A stretch of 63,999 bases of DNA, the filler included, from Acidimicrobiia bacterium (GTDB lineage: Bacteria > Actinomycetota > Acidimicrobiia > Spongiisociales > CAZKJJ01): NCBI GenBank assembly GCA_046759765.1. It is 24 parts of 24 records of this genome, joined end to end, with 100 filler letters (N's around TTAATTAATTAA, not from the genome) between each part and the next. Parts side by side here need not be neighbours in the genome. Positions count along the whole stretch, not along the records: positions 8,844 to 11,673 come from JBHICV010000248.1; positions 11,774 to 14,603 come from JBHICV010000249.1; positions 14,704 to 17,491 come from JBHICV010000250.1; positions 17,592 to 20,319 come from JBHICV010000251.1; 20 more parts are not named here. One strand, 5' to 3'. Of the stretch, positions 8,846 through 20,419 are shown in pieces. The stretch's first letter is position 1; every line of letters begins with the position of its first letter. The position numbers and the translations under genes were made by a program. Under the pieces are notes generated by a model. It was given only the letters and a program-made list of their open reading frames with translations, was not told the origin of the DNA and searched no databases.

Positions 8846-11673
8846 GGAAAGATATGGAAACCACGGCTGGCAATCGTGCTGCTGATGGCCATGCTGTTAA
8901 TGTCGCTCGTGCCGATCCCGTTGGCATCGGCGACAGAAATAAGCGCCATCGCGCCCAGCTCAGGAGTCGTGGGTACACAAGTGTCCGTGTTTGGAGAGAT
9001 CGACACCCTTGGTGGACCATTCGAGGTCTTCTTTGACGGCGATTCGAAGGTAAGCGATTCGGCCGCAGCCAATTCGAGGAGCGTGTTCGCCCAGTTTAAC
9101 GTGCCCCCCGCCGTCGGAAGCGACGCCGGCGAGGACCACGTGATTCTGCTGGCAGACCTGACCACAGGGACGTCTTCGACCGCCATTTTCAGGGTCATTA
9201 CCGACCGTAGCATCGCTGCCTCTCCCGCCCGGATAGGAGGGGAAGGGTTGCCAACAGACATTACCGTGTCAGTGACTGGTGGAGTAGCCTCCACCGCGTA
9301 CGCGTTTGATGTTGCCGTCACCGACCCGGAGGGAGCGGCTCACGCCTCTCCCCTTGGTAGCTTCAGCTTCACGACCGGTCCGGCCGGTTCTGGAAGCGCG
9401 TTAGCCCCCTATCCTGGAGCCTTCTCGGCGAGCCCGAACACCGATTTCGTCGGCACCTACAGCATGGTCGCAGATGAGACTGCTCCCGGGGACATCCCAG
9501 GGGCCACGAGCGGGAGTTTCCGTGTGGGTCTGACGAACCTCGAGGTCTATGAGCGGTTTGACAAGGTGGAGATCCGGAGCTCCGGTTGGGCAGCCGGGGA
9601 GGAGGTCACCATCGACATCAAGAATTCGGCCGGGCAGTCCGTCACGATCGGAAACTCGCCTTATCCGGCCGACTTTGTGGCGGCCAGTGCCGTGTTCAAC
9701 GAGACAGACGCACTGCCGCGGGACTTCCCGACGGGAACCTACACCGTGACCGTGGTCAACTCAACGGGCACAGGCACGGTAAAGAGCCCGGCCGACATCC
9801 AGAACTTCGACGTTGTGGCTGACAACGACATCGCAGTCTCCGTAGTCGCGCAGCCTGCCACGTCATTCGAACGGACCGAAGAAGCCACGGCGAAGTTGAG
9901 CATCACCTACCCGGATGGCAGTCCCTTCGATCCAGACAGTCTCGGATCGATCAGCATCAGCGTGTTCAACGCCAGCGCGAAGATTGCGGACCTCTCCTTG
10001 AGCTCGGCAGACTTCAATGCGCTGACCGCGAGTGAATGGAACGCCACCTTCAAGATTCCAAAGGGGGCCGACCTCGAAGCACACAATCTGACGGCCGAGG
10101 CAGGTGCGGTGGTCGATCTGGACGGCAACAGCGGTCCGTCCGCCGACGTATCATCCAACGATTTCGATGTGGTGGCGGCTATCCTCGACGTCGAGATCAC
10201 CGGTCAATGGGACGCCGGCGACGAGTTCAACCGCACGGCAGCCGTCGCGATGAAGCTCAAGGTGCGCTACCCCGACCTGTCGTTCTATACCCCAGCTGAC
10301 CTCGGATCGCTCGCAGTAAACGTCACCCTCGTAGGTGTTGCATTCGACATCGCGAATCTGACGCTGGGCGCCAGCGATTTCGACGCGGCCACGAACAACT
10401 GGACGGCGGAGTGGATCATCCCGTTCGACGCGGCGTTGAGCGACGCGTACAACTTCCGCGTTAGAGCGGGCAAGGTCGCAGACGAGTTCGGAAACGACAA
10501 TACGGCCGACAGTATATCCAACGCATTCACCGTGGTCGAGGTCACCATACTGGTGCCCGAGATCGCAACTGATCGGGCCACCTACGAGCGGGAGGAGCTG
10601 GTGTTCGTGTTCTTCCGCGGCAGCTATCTCGACGGCAGCGCGGTGAGCACGGGGAGCGCGGACCTCACGCTGACGGATCCTGCCGGGGACTCGGCACCAC
10701 TGACAGCCACATTCTCGTCTGTTCGCAACCGATTCGAGGCGAGCTTCTTCCTGACGGTCCTTGACCCCATCGGGGTCTGGAGCGTGAGCATGGCCAGCTT
10801 CGCCCTCACGGATGACGCGGGCAACGATGGTCCGAACGTGACTCGTTCAACCACCTTCGAGGTCGTGAGGGCCGTCGAGGTCCTCCAGGTCGAAGCCGAC
10901 GCCGGGTCGCTCCACTTCCGGGGAGAGATCGCCGAGTTCTACGTCCTGACGGCGAACCGCGGCGCACCCATCGACGTAACCTTCGATGCCGCGGACCTCT
11001 ACCGGCCCGATGGCCTCGTTGAGCAGCTCAACGCAGTCCGGATCGCCGCCGGCATCTCTAGGATCCTCTATCCGATCCCCGCCGACGCGCCCGTGGGCAC
11101 CTACACCCTCGTGGTTCGCGTCAGCGCGATCTTTGAGCAGACGGAGGGCAAGGGGGTAACCATCGCATCGTTCCGGATCAGCGACACGCTGAGCGGCTTC
11201 GTCGTTGACATTAGTGCCGGCCTAGCACGCATCGAAACAGCCCAGGGCGAGATTGTGGTGGATCTCGCCGCCATCAACGCCCGACTCGCCAGCATTGAGA
11301 ACGGCATAGCAAACATCGAAACCGACGTGGGCCTCATCCAAGCGGACCTCGCCGCCATCAGGCCAGTGATCACCCAGATCAGCAGTGGCGTGGCCACTAT
11401 CCAGACCGACGTAGGCGAACTTCAGGTGGAAGTCGCCGCCCTCAACCCCATCGTGACCGAGATCCAGGGAGACATGGCCACAGTCAAGACCGATGTCGGG
11501 ACGCTCCGCGGACAAGTCACCGGGCTCGAGGGAGACATCGCCCTCATCCAGACGAACATAGGCGACATAAGGGCCGACATCTCGGGGGTCGCGGACCTTT
11601 CCCCGGCGGTCTCAAACATCCTGACCGTGCTGTACATCGTTACGGCACTGGCCCTGATCGCAGCCCTCGCCGC
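8846..11673 (+). CDS. Large secreted, C-terminally anchored surface protein with Ig-like repeats and coiled coil (both ends truncated)
   Basis: Signal peptide, repeated YPDGS/YLDGS beta modules, IxTDVG heptad repeats, C-terminal TM helix; frame is open from the contig start. Confidence 0.8.
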
Positions 11674-11773
11674 NNNNNNNNNNNNNNNNNNNNNNNNNNN
11701 NNNNNNNNNNNNNNNNNTTAATTAATTAANNNNNNNNNNNNNNNNNNNNNNNNNNNNNNNNNNNNNNNNNNNN

Positions 11774-12107
11774 CGTATTTGCCCCTCTCGTGTGGGACTT
11801 CTACTGGATGCTCGGATTCGCCGCCTTGGCATGGCCTGCGGTAACCGGGATCGGGGGCCGCGCATACCGAGCATTGGTGGTGGGTGCCTTAGCTATGACC
11901 ACGGTTAGTACTGGTGCGTTCCACCTCCTTACGTTCATCCCCCCAAGCATCAGAAATTGGTCGCTGCTCGCCGTGCCTGTGCTGGCTCCGATGATCGCAG
12001 CCATCGGACTGTGGACGGTCGCGGCCAGGGCAGGTTCTTCCGCCAGTAGGACGGAACCAGAAGCTGCGCTTCCCGGCCTCAGGCACCCCGGAAGGCTCGA
12101 AAGCTAA
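11774..12107 (+). CDS. Membrane protein C-terminal fragment
   Basis: Three hydrophobic segments, 5' truncated. Confidence 0.5.
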
Positions 12108-12215
12108 CTCCCCATACCCCAGCGAGACAGTGTTCCTGTGAGGAGTTTCAAGACGGCAAGGGCGCCTATCTGGCCCTGCAGTCGGTCCAAAATCGCGGAG
12201 ACGGACGGCGATCAT

Positions 12216-12386
12216 CTAATGCCCCCTGTTCGCATCTCGCGTTCTCAGGGCTACGTCTCCGTCGCGTACATCAATCGAGACGGCTCCACAGTCCTCACAT
12301 ACGAGCCGGAGAATTCCGGCGCCAACCCTTTGAGCAGGGCCATAGAGGTGCTGTCCGTTCTTGCACGGTGTATTGGAACGGAGCAC
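12216..12386 (-). CDS. Possible small Cys/His-containing protein
   Basis: C...H...GAGILRLVCEDCGAVSID; start uncertain. Confidence 0.3.
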   Translation of the reverse strand: MLRSNTPCKNGQHLYGPAQRVGAGILRLVCEDCGAVSIDVRDGDVALRTRDANRGH

Positions 12387-12571
12387 GGCAACGGTCTTTA
12401 TCCGCCTGATGGGGTTCTCCTTGTTCAGACAGATCACAAGGAAGGGTTCGCCCCCACCGAGGTCCACTCCCAGCTACACAAGCTACTCAAAAGGGGGCGG
12501 GCTGCTACAAGGTATTCGCCTTCGGTGATAGGAGCTGAAACGGTCGACCAGTCGGTAGCCTCAGGCAGAGG

Positions 12572-13321
12572 ATGACTGTTGTGTATTCGGTCGTGCTTCT
12601 ACGCCACGGAGTGTCCACCTGGAATGGAGAGAATCGTTTCACGGGTTGGACCGATGTCGGCCTGACCGAAGAAGGTATCGCGGAGGCCCGGGCCGCCGGA
12701 AAGCTGATGGCAGCCGAGGAGATTTCATTCGACGTCGTCCACACTTCGATCATGCGCAGGGCGGTTGAGACGACCTTCCATGTATTGGACGAGATGGATT
12801 TGCTCAGAGTTCGGGTCGTCAAGAATTGGCGTCTCAACGAACGTCACTACGGCGCTCTGCAAGGGCTCAACAAGAAGGAGACCGCTAGTGAACACGGCTC
12901 GGAGCAGGTGTATCTGTGGCGAAGAAGCTATGACGTCCGCCCTCCGGCCCTAGACCTGGACGACGAGCGGCACCCGCGGTTTGACCCCGTCTACCAAGGC
13001 CTTCCGCCCGAGGTCTTGCCGTCAACTGAGAGCCTGGAGGACGTCTATGACCGAGTCGTTCCCTGGTGGCAGGACCATGTCATCCCGGACCTGCAGGCGG
13101 GTCACACCGTTCTGATAAGCGCGCACGGCAATAGCCTGCGAGCGCTGGTAAAACACTTCGACCAAATCCCGGACGAGGAGATCGCGACCTTCAACATTCC
13201 CACCGGTATCCCGTTGCTTTACGAGCTCGACGCTGGCTTTCAGCCGGTCTCGAGTCGCTATCTGGGAGATACGGAGGCTGCCGCGGCTGCGGCCGAAGAG
13301 GTGGCTCGCCAGGCGGGATGA
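12572..13321 (+). CDS. gpmA: 2,3-bisphosphoglycerate-dependent phosphoglycerate mutase
   Basis: LRHG, NRFTGWTDV, LNERHYGALQG, AHGNSLR, NIPTGIP. Confidence 0.97.
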   Translation: MTVVYSVVLLRHGVSTWNGENRFTGWTDVGLTEEGIAEARAAGKLMAAEEISFDVVHTSIMRRAVETTFHVLDEMDLLRVRVVKNWRLNERHYGALQGLNKKETASEHGSEQVYLWRRSYDVRPPALDLDDERHPRFDPVYQGLPPEVLPSTESLEDVYDRVVPWWQDHVIPDLQAGHTVLISAHGNSLRALVKHFDQIPDEEIATFNIPTGIPLLYELDAGFQPVSSRYLGDTEAAAAAAEEVARQAG

Positions 13322-13382
13322 GCTTTACCTAGCTGACGGCCTTGGCCATACTGTGATCGAACCCTCAGGAGACCTTTGAGCC

Positions 13383-13622
13383 ATGTCGATCGTGGCGGCG
13401 ATTGTTGTCGTAATCCAGATTCTCACCTCGATTCTGTTGGTGCTGTTGATCCTGTTGCACTCGGGTCGAGGAGGTGGCCTTTCGGATATGTTCGGTGGGG
13501 GAATGGGCCCGGTCGGTATGGGCGGCTCCACCGTGGCGGAGAGAAACCTCGATCGCTACACGATCATCATCGGCCTGGTTTGGCTGACCACGACGGTCGC
13601 GCTCTCCTTCATCATCACCTGA
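13383..13622 (+). CDS. secG: Preprotein translocase subunit SecG
   Basis: LLHSGRGGGLSDMFGGG...ERNLDRYT; followed by tRNA-Leu(GAG), the conserved synteny. Confidence 0.95.
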   Translation: MSIVAAIVVVIQILTSILLVLLILLHSGRGGGLSDMFGGGMGPVGMGGSTVAERNLDRYTIIIGLVWLTTTVALSFIIT

Positions 13623-13661
13623 GGGAACCCGCAGTCGCAGGGGTATAGTGACCGGTCCCAC

Positions 13662-13748
13662 GTCGGAGTGGCGGAACTGGCAGACGCGCTAGGTTGAGGG
13701 CCTAGTGCCCTACTAATGGGCGTGAGGGTTCAAATCCCTCCTCCGACA
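13662..13748 (+). tRNA. tRNA-Leu(GAG)
   Basis: GTCGGAG/CTCCGAC acceptor, CTAGG-TTGAGGG-CCTAG anticodon arm, long variable arm, GTTCAAATC. Confidence 0.96.
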
Positions 13749-14210
13749 CCCTCGTTGACTACACGCGGCCGGGACTCGATGAGCACCCGGCCGTCTTGGT
13801 GGTAGGTGACCTCGATCCCCATTTCGGCATAGACGGCGGCCTTGTCGACGGGGTCGGCCTGGGCGAGGGTTGCGGTTATGTCCCGCAGGCTGATGACCAG
13901 CGCTCTGATGTCTTCCTTGGTGAGCCTGGTGGTGGGCTTCACACCCAGGAGGGTCTGGAGGCGCCGGCGCTCCTGTGTAGTTTCCGCGATCCATCGACCC
14001 ACCGTCGCCCGGGCGTCTGGTTCATTACGAACGATGGTTCGGTAAGCGTCGAGCTCCGAGTCGAGTTCAGCAATGCGCTTTCGGATCTCCTGGCGTCGGG
14101 CCTCATCGTCGGGATCCGGTTGAGCAGCGTCGGCGAGCGTTTGGCAGGTGCCGTCTAAGTGTTCGGTGTCGAAGAGCTCGGCCAGCCAGCTGTCGAGTCC
14201 GGGTAGCAGC
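13730..14210 (-). pseudogene. C-terminal fragment of a large serine recombinase reading into the tRNA-Leu 3' end
   Basis: Coiled coil + ADPVDKAAVYAEMGIEVTY + GVGGGI tail; homologous to 23177-23788. Confidence 0.8.
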
Positions 14211-14603
14211 GTGTAGATCACCGATATCCAGCCCGGAGGCGGGGGCGGCGAGGAGCGCCGATCCGCCTCCGGAGACGAGGACGATCACGAGATCCTTCCT
14301 GCCCACCCCGCTGGCCAGCTGCAAGGCCTTGCGACCGCCGGCGACGCTGCCCTCGCCGGGAATCGGGTGGTCCCCGACAACCACATCGAATGGGGGGGCC
14401 GAATCCGATTGAGAGGTAATCAAGACCCCGCTCAAGGGGAGGCCCGCCAGGACGTTTGTGATTGAGCGACCCATAGGCACCGCGGCCTTGCCAAAGCCGA
14501 TCACGACAACTCTGTCGAACGCATCAACGTCGAGGGATTGCCGGGCGACGTGGATCATGCTGCCATCTCGCTCGACGGCGTCGGCGACCTCTCTCTCCGG
14601 GTC
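14200..14603 (-). pseudogene. Glycerate kinase (DUF4147/MOFRL) N-terminal fragment
   Basis: VIGFGKAAVPM, GDHPIP, VLVSGGGSAL; cut off by the recombinase remnant. Confidence 0.85.
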
Positions 14604-14703
14604 NNNNNNNNNNNNNNNNNNNNNNNNNNNNNNNNNNNNNNNNNNNNTTAATTAATTAANNNNNNNNNNNNNNNNNNNNNNNNNNNNNNNNNNNNNNNNN
14701 NNN

Positions 14704-15725
14704 CGCCTCAATTTGGCGTGAACATCAACAACCGCGAGCCGCTGCTGGCGCCGGATTATTCCCTTCAGGACCTATTGGATCTTTCGGAGGTCGTCGAGAG
14801 TGCCGGGTTCGACTCGGTCTGGGTTGGCGACAGCCTCTTTTCCAAGCCGCGCCATGAGCCGATCGCCTTGCTGGCCGGCATCTCGCAGCGGACGTCCAGG
14901 GTCAAGCTCGGCACGGCCTGCCTGGTGACTGCCACGCGTAATCCGCTCTATCTCGCGCTGGAATGGTCCACCCTGGATCAGATGTCCAAAGGGCGTACGA
15001 TCCTCGGAGCCTGCATGGGCAACCCCGAAGAAGGCGTCAGGCGCGAGTATGCGGCGCTCGGGCTCGACTTCAAGCGAAGAGCGGAGATCTTCGAAGATGG
15101 TCTGGCAATTCTGCGCCGGCTCTGGACCGAGGGAGCGGTCACCTTCGAGAGCGATTTTTTCCGTTACGACGGGATCAGCTTCCACTCGGGGACGGAGATG
15201 GCGCCGCTCAAACCGCTGCAGTCCCCGCCGCCGATTTGGGTCGTGAGCAACCCGCGGCTGGTGGTCGGCACCACAGCCGAAGATCGCGTCAAGAAAGTTG
15301 TCTCACGGGCGGCGCGCCGGATCGCCCAGCACGGTGACGGCTGGATGACCTGCTGCCGCGCTCGCCATCCGGAGGAGTTTCGCCAGCAGAAGGAGCAAAT
15401 CTTGGCCGCCATCGACGAGGCCGGCCGCGATCCATCCGAGTTTCGCATGTCGTATCAGGTCACGATGAACATCGCCGACAGCCAAGAGCAGGCACAGAAG
15501 AGCATCGGCGACTATATCAGCCAATACTATCCCGAGCTAAGCAAGGCCATGGATCTCAGCGAGTGGGGGCCCGTCGGCACACCGGACGATATCCGAGCCT
15601 GGATCGATGTGTTCGCCGAGGCCGGCGTTGACTATTTCATCTGCCGTTTTGGCGCGATCGATCAGTTCGGCCAGGTCGACCGGTTTGCGAAGGAGGTCTT
15701 GCCGGCGATTGAGCCTGCGGGTTAG
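14704..15725 (+). CDS. LLM-class flavin/F420-dependent oxidoreductase (5' slightly truncated)
   Basis: AGFDSVWVGDS, TSRVKLGT, LDQMSKGR, GDGW, VGTPD. Confidence 0.92.
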
Positions 15726-15797
15726 ACCCTATTCGAGGCCGCCGCGCGTGAGGGAGGGCTCAACCGTGGCAGAAAAGCAAGCACAGGAGTGTGAAAG

Positions 15798-16805
15798 ATG
15801 AGCGATCTACCTGAATCCTTGAGAGAAGACGCCGAGCTGGTCGTCGATGTGTGCATGTCGGTCGAGGCCGACGATGTCGTGACGATCATCACCGATGATG
15901 CCCACCTCGATCAGGCCTCGGTGGTCGCTGACGTGGCGGTCGGCCGAGGTGCGTTCCCGGTTATCGCCAACAATGAACATCAGGTGCGGCGCGGCCTGGC
16001 CGACACCCGGTTCCCGATGGCACCGCCTAGAAACCTGCATCAGGCCATGGTCAACTCGGATGAGATCATCATCATCACCAATCTCGAATGGGCCAACCGC
16101 TTCGCCCACGTTTCTGCAGTCAAGGAGTCGTGCGCCAACAACGCCAAAATCGCCTCGGTTGAAGAAGGCATGGGCGAATGGGATCTGACCGAAGACGACA
16201 TCCGCGACGCTACCGAACGGGCGCGCGCGGCCATCGCTGCGCTTCAGTCGGCGAAGCGTGTTCGGGTGACTTCGCCGGCGGGGACGGATGTCTCCGTTTC
16301 GATCGAAGGCCGCCCGGCACTGGAGGTGACCCCCATTAAGAAGCGCGGCCAGATGATGGGACCGGTTCCGTTGTGGGCCGAAGTCGCCTTTGCGGCCGTG
16401 GAAGACGAGACTCAGGGAACGATCGTCGTCGACGGCGTGATGCTCGGTGTCGGATTGCCCGGACAGGTGGAAGAGCCCATCGCCTGGACGCTTGAAGGCG
16501 GCCAAGCCACGGCCATCCAAGGCGGCGCCGAGGCCGACCGGTTGAAGGAAGTGCTGCAAGGCGTGGAGAACGCCGACATCGTCGGCGAGTTCGCCTTTGG
16601 CACCAGCGAAAAATCCCCCTACGGCTCGCCTTCCGAAAAAGGGCGGCTGGGCACTGTGCATTTCGCGCTCGGGGATAACCATAACGCCTATCCGGGCGGG
16701 CAGAATGTCAGCACCCTTCATCTCGATGGCGTGTGCTTGAACGCCTCACTGCAGATCGAGGAGACCGGTCAGTTGATCATCAAGGACGGACAATGGGCGC
16801 TGTGA
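15798..16805 (+). CDS. M29 aminopeptidase-like / NicX-like metalloprotein
   Basis: TSPAGTD, GTIVVDG, GEFAFG, EKGRLGTVHFALGDN, HLDGV. Confidence 0.8.
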   Translation: MSDLPESLREDAELVVDVCMSVEADDVVTIITDDAHLDQASVVADVAVGRGAFPVIANNEHQVRRGLADTRFPMAPPRNLHQAMVNSDEIIIITNLEWANRFAHVSAVKESCANNAKIASVEEGMGEWDLTEDDIRDATERARAAIAALQSAKRVRVTSPAGTDVSVSIEGRPALEVTPIKKRGQMMGPVPLWAEVAFAAVEDETQGTIVVDGVMLGVGLPGQVEEPIAWTLEGGQATAIQGGAEADRLKEVLQGVENADIVGEFAFGTSEKSPYGSPSEKGRLGTVHFALGDNHNAYPGGQNVSTLHLDGVCLNASLQIEETGQLIIKDGQWAL

Positions 16806-17167
16806 GTTCGCAAGTCAAGGTCGTGCCGCTGGATTCTGTCGATCCCATCGAGTTGCCCAAAGACAGCTGGAGCCGGATGGTCGTGACCGCTTCCACCGTG
16901 CCCGAACCCACAAGCTCGATGGGCTATTCGGTCTTTCGGCCTGGGATGGAAACGGGCATGGTTTCTCATGAGGTAGAGGAAATTGCCTTTGTGGTACAGG
17001 GGCGTGGGGAGCTTCGCTTGGAGGACTCAGTGCTGACCTACGGGCCGGGCGAGGCGCTGTATATTCCGCAGCACACCTGGCATGCCGTCGCCAATACGGG
17101 TGAGGAGGACGTCGTCATGATCTTCACCTTCCCTCACCCGGATTACCCGCCGACGGAACGTCGTTAG
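16802..17167 (+). CDS. Cupin domain protein
   Basis: SHEVEEIAFVVQGRG...YIPQHTWHAVANTG; GTGA overlap with the upstream stop. Confidence 0.88.
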   Translation: MSSQVKVVPLDSVDPIELPKDSWSRMVVTASTVPEPTSSMGYSVFRPGMETGMVSHEVEEIAFVVQGRGELRLEDSVLTYGPGEALYIPQHTWHAVANTGEEDVVMIFTFPHPDYPPTERR

Positions 17168-17215
17168 AGGCGGCGGCGTGGAATTGAGCTCGAGTCGAAA
17201 TGAGAGCGGGACTCC

Positions 17216-17491
17216 ATGAGCGCCCAGGATCTTCGCGAGGCGGTCGCCTGGGGCTGCCGCATCCTGGCGATGGGAGGTCACGTCGATATGACGCTCGGCC
17301 ATCTCAGCGGCAGCGGACAGGACGGCCGGATTTTCATCAAACGCAAAGGCCTCTCGCTCGGCGAGGTGACCCCGAACGATGTGATCGTGATCGACCTGGA
17401 CGGCGCGGTCCTTGAGGGGGCCGGAGAGCCTCATTTGGAGACGACGCTCCATACCGAAGTGTATCGGGCGCGCCCAGATGTGGGCGCGGTC
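17216..17491 (+). CDS. Class II aldolase/adducin family protein (3' truncated)
   Basis: GHLS, ETTLHTEVYRARPDVGAV. Confidence 0.88.
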
Positions 17492-17626
17492 NNNNNNNNN
17501 NNNNNNNNNNNNNNNNNNNNNNNNNNNNNNNNNNNTTAATTAATTAANNNNNNNNNNNNNNNNNNNNNNNNNNNNNNNNNNNNNNNNNNNNTCGTGGGCG
17601 GGCATGGCGGCTGACTCTCCTTTCGT

Positions 17627-18085
17627 CTAGGCCTGGGGTTCACTCCGCAGCGCTTCTTGCGTTCTCGACGTGATCATCTCCATTGCCTCAAATCTTAGCT
17701 GAGAGGCGTCGAGCCTCAATGCGGAAGCGGGGATCTCGACGTATTCGCTGGCGTCTCTGTAGAGGCGAACCGCGAACTGCCCAAAGCCCTCGTGGAAGAG
17801 AGAGGCGCGCTGGAAATCGCTCCACGCCGCCTTCCATCGCCGGATTCCGACTTGCAGCTCGAAGCCGCTCCCATCATAGGAGAGCGAGGCGTGGTACTTC
17901 CTGCGGTACAGCCGCCAACCGAAGGCCCCGGCGAATCCGAGCGTTAGGATCAGAATGGGGGCCGACAGAAGGATGTCTCCGAACAGGAAGGCGCTCAACA
18001 CCGTCCAGATGCCGAAAAATAGCAGAAACATCAAACCGATGGACCTGATTAGGTTCATCCTCTGCAACGGTCCCGCGATCCTCAC
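17627..18085 (-). CDS. Hypothetical membrane protein (2 TM + PH-like domain)
   Basis: Two hydrophobic helices followed by a soluble domain; 4-bp overlap with the upstream gene. Confidence 0.65.
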   Translation of the reverse strand: MRIAGPLQRMNLIRSIGLMFLLFFGIWTVLSAFLFGDILLSAPILILTLGFAGAFGWRLYRRKYHASLSYDGSGFELQVGIRRWKAAWSDFQRASLFHEGFGQFAVRLYRDASEYVEIPASALRLDASQLRFEAMEMITSRTQEALRSEPQA

Positions 18086-18558
18086 TTGAAGGCCTTGAGA
18101 AACTGGGGCATGCGCCGTCCTATATAGGATCGGCTGTGGGTGATCTCGCGGGCCTCGAGATCCACCAAGGCGAGACCAAGCTCCCGAGTCTTGTCCTTTT
18201 CAACCAGGAGCCGGGCCTTCCTTGTGAAGGGACCCTGTCGGAGCAGAACCAGCCAGCTCCACGAAAGGTCTCTCTCGCCCATGTAGTCTTGGATGTCCTT
18301 GCGCATCGTTCCGACCTGACTGGCATTTGCATCGCTCTGAACCACGAAAGTCGCCGCTTGGTGGGCGGGCATGGCAATCCAGGCGAAAAAACGCGACACA
18401 AGAAACCCCTTGGGCCGCATATTCCCCTCAAGTACCATGTCATACAGCGTGTCGCCGACCTGCAGGTCCCGAAAGGACTCGTTGAAATCGGCGACCCAGC
18501 GCCCGTATCCGACCATCAGTCGGTCTTCCAGATTGAAGAGGTATTCCTCGGGGTTCAT
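18082..18558 (-). CDS. Hypothetical protein
   Basis: ATG at 18558 (MNPEEYLF) with GAGG upstream; protein-like composition. Confidence 0.6.
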   Translation of the reverse strand: MNPEEYLFNLEDRLMVGYGRWVADFNESFRDLQVGDTLYDMVLEGNMRPKGFLVSRFFAWIAMPAHQAATFVVQSDANASQVGTMRKDIQDYMGERDLSWSWLVLLRQGPFTRKARLLVEKDKTRELGLALVDLEAREITHSRSYIGRRMPQFLKAFK

Positions 18559-18685
18559 CTGATGCCAGACCTCGACATGCAGACCAGGTAGGCAGGAAAA
18601 TGCTAGCATACGCACCATCCGGCTGCAAAAACCTCCAGACCCCCCACGGAAGGTGGAGGGTCTGGAGGGTAATGCGTTGCCAGGT

Positions 18686-20319
18686 CTATTCGGGTGGGAT
18701 CTCGGCGAAGATGGTCGAGTAGTCCGCGCCCGTTTCTGCCGCGCGGCCTCGGTAATAGTAGTAGATGGCAATGGTCCCGATGGCGATGGCAAGGGTCACC
18801 AGCGTGGGCATGGCCTTGGCCAGGGTGAAGTCGGTCAGCAGCCCCAGCGCCTGCATTTCTCCACCGCGAATCGTGGGGTGGAGTGCGAAGAGGTAGAGGA
18901 AGTATAGGTTGACGGCGGCCGCGACGACTCCGATGCCAATCGTGACCTCCCGGCTGTGGCGGAATGGAGCACGTTCAAAGAGGTCGGGCCGTCGGATGGG
19001 GAAGGCGATCAGGGCGATGGCGAAGGACGTGAAGAAGATCGAGTCCCATGTGTTGGTTGCTGACAGGCCGAAGCCGTCGATCAGGCTCTCCCACACGCTG
19101 CCGAGGTAGATGCCGCCCTCACGGAACAACCCGGATTCTGTTGCAGCCCCGAGGAGCGCGATTGTCGAGGTGACGACGATGGCGTTGACAGGGGAGTGCC
19201 ACCTCTCGTTGACATCGGCAATCCGCTCAGGGAGCACCCGGTCGAAGGCCATGGCGAAGAGCACACGCGAGGTGGTGAGGATGAACGGTGGGATGTCGTT
19301 GGCGGCCCAAAGGGCGGCGAAGATCAGGACCAGCCACCCGGTGATGCTGGCCAGGCCAGTGTCCGCCACGTTGAGGTAGGCGAACATGGGCATCCAGGGC
19401 CCAATGCCGTTCAGGTCGCCGAAACTGCCGGCGCCGAAGTTCATGTACCCCGTTGCACCGACCAGGTCGTAGCCTCCGACGGTCGCTGCTGCGGCACCCG
19501 CGCGGGCCAAGAGGAACGAAACGACCAGGTAGATTCCAATGATGATCCCCGCCGCAGTGAACATGATGGTGGGGAGACGCCGGCCGGCTTCCTTGACCTC
19601 ACCAGCCACGAAAGTGGTTGCGGCGAACCCGATGTAGGCCCAGTAGGTCACGAAGATGGCTGTGGTGACCCCGGACCAGTACGGCACGGAGTTCTCGGCG
19701 ATGCCGGTGTCCAAAGCTTGCTGGACGTATGCGGTGGCCGACGCCCCGAACTCGGCCTGGACGCCTGCCTGCATGGCACTCGAGCTCGCCGTCAAGAAGA
19801 GGAACAGCACGTAGGCGAGGATCGCAGCGGGGATCCAGAAAGTAACCTGAAGCAGCTGCCCCGTCTGCCGCGCGCCCCGAGCTGCGATGCCGCTGAAGAT
19901 GATGATGATCACCAGCCCGAGAATCCAGAGCCCAATCGGACCTGAGAAGAAGGACGGCAGCACGAGCCCGACGGCTCCGAGCGCCCCGAAGATCAGGAAC
20001 GCCTCGATGACGAACACGGCGATCTGTCCGTAGGCCGCTGAGACGGCGAGATACTCAAAGACGGTGGCCAACATGCCCCAGAGGGGGCTCAGCACTCGGG
20101 AGATGGCGATATAACCGCCACCTGAGCGAGGCATTGCTGCAGTGAGAACGGCATAGCAGTAGACGGACAGCAGGACCCCGATTCCCGTGAGCAGGAACGC
20201 CATGGTGACAGGGGGAATGCCGGCGAACCAGTCGGCTCGGTTGACAGGGGCGAATCCCATCCCTTGGAACACCCGCAGCTGCCAGCCAACACCCACGGCG
20301 TTGGCGATCGGTATCATGA
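18686..20319 (-). CDS. APC family amino acid permease (5' truncated)
   Basis: AMPRSGGGY, AGEVKE, RVLFAMAFDRVLP, C-terminal EIPPE; about 12 TM segments. Confidence 0.92.
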
Positions 20320-20419
20320 NNNNNNNNNNNNNNNNNNNNNNNNNNNNNNNNNNNNNNNNNNNNTTAATTAATTAANNNNNNNNNNNNNNNNNNNNNNNNN
20401 NNNNNNNNNNNNNNNNNNN

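Noticed and set aside
12138..12575. 145-aa plus-strand ORF upstream of gpmA
   Set aside because: No motifs or clear RBS; conflicts with a more plausible small minus-strand ORF.
17594..18375. 15-bp repeat GTGGGCGGGCATGGC at 17594 and 18361
   Set aside because: Only two copies, GC-rich, one inside a CDS; no element structure.
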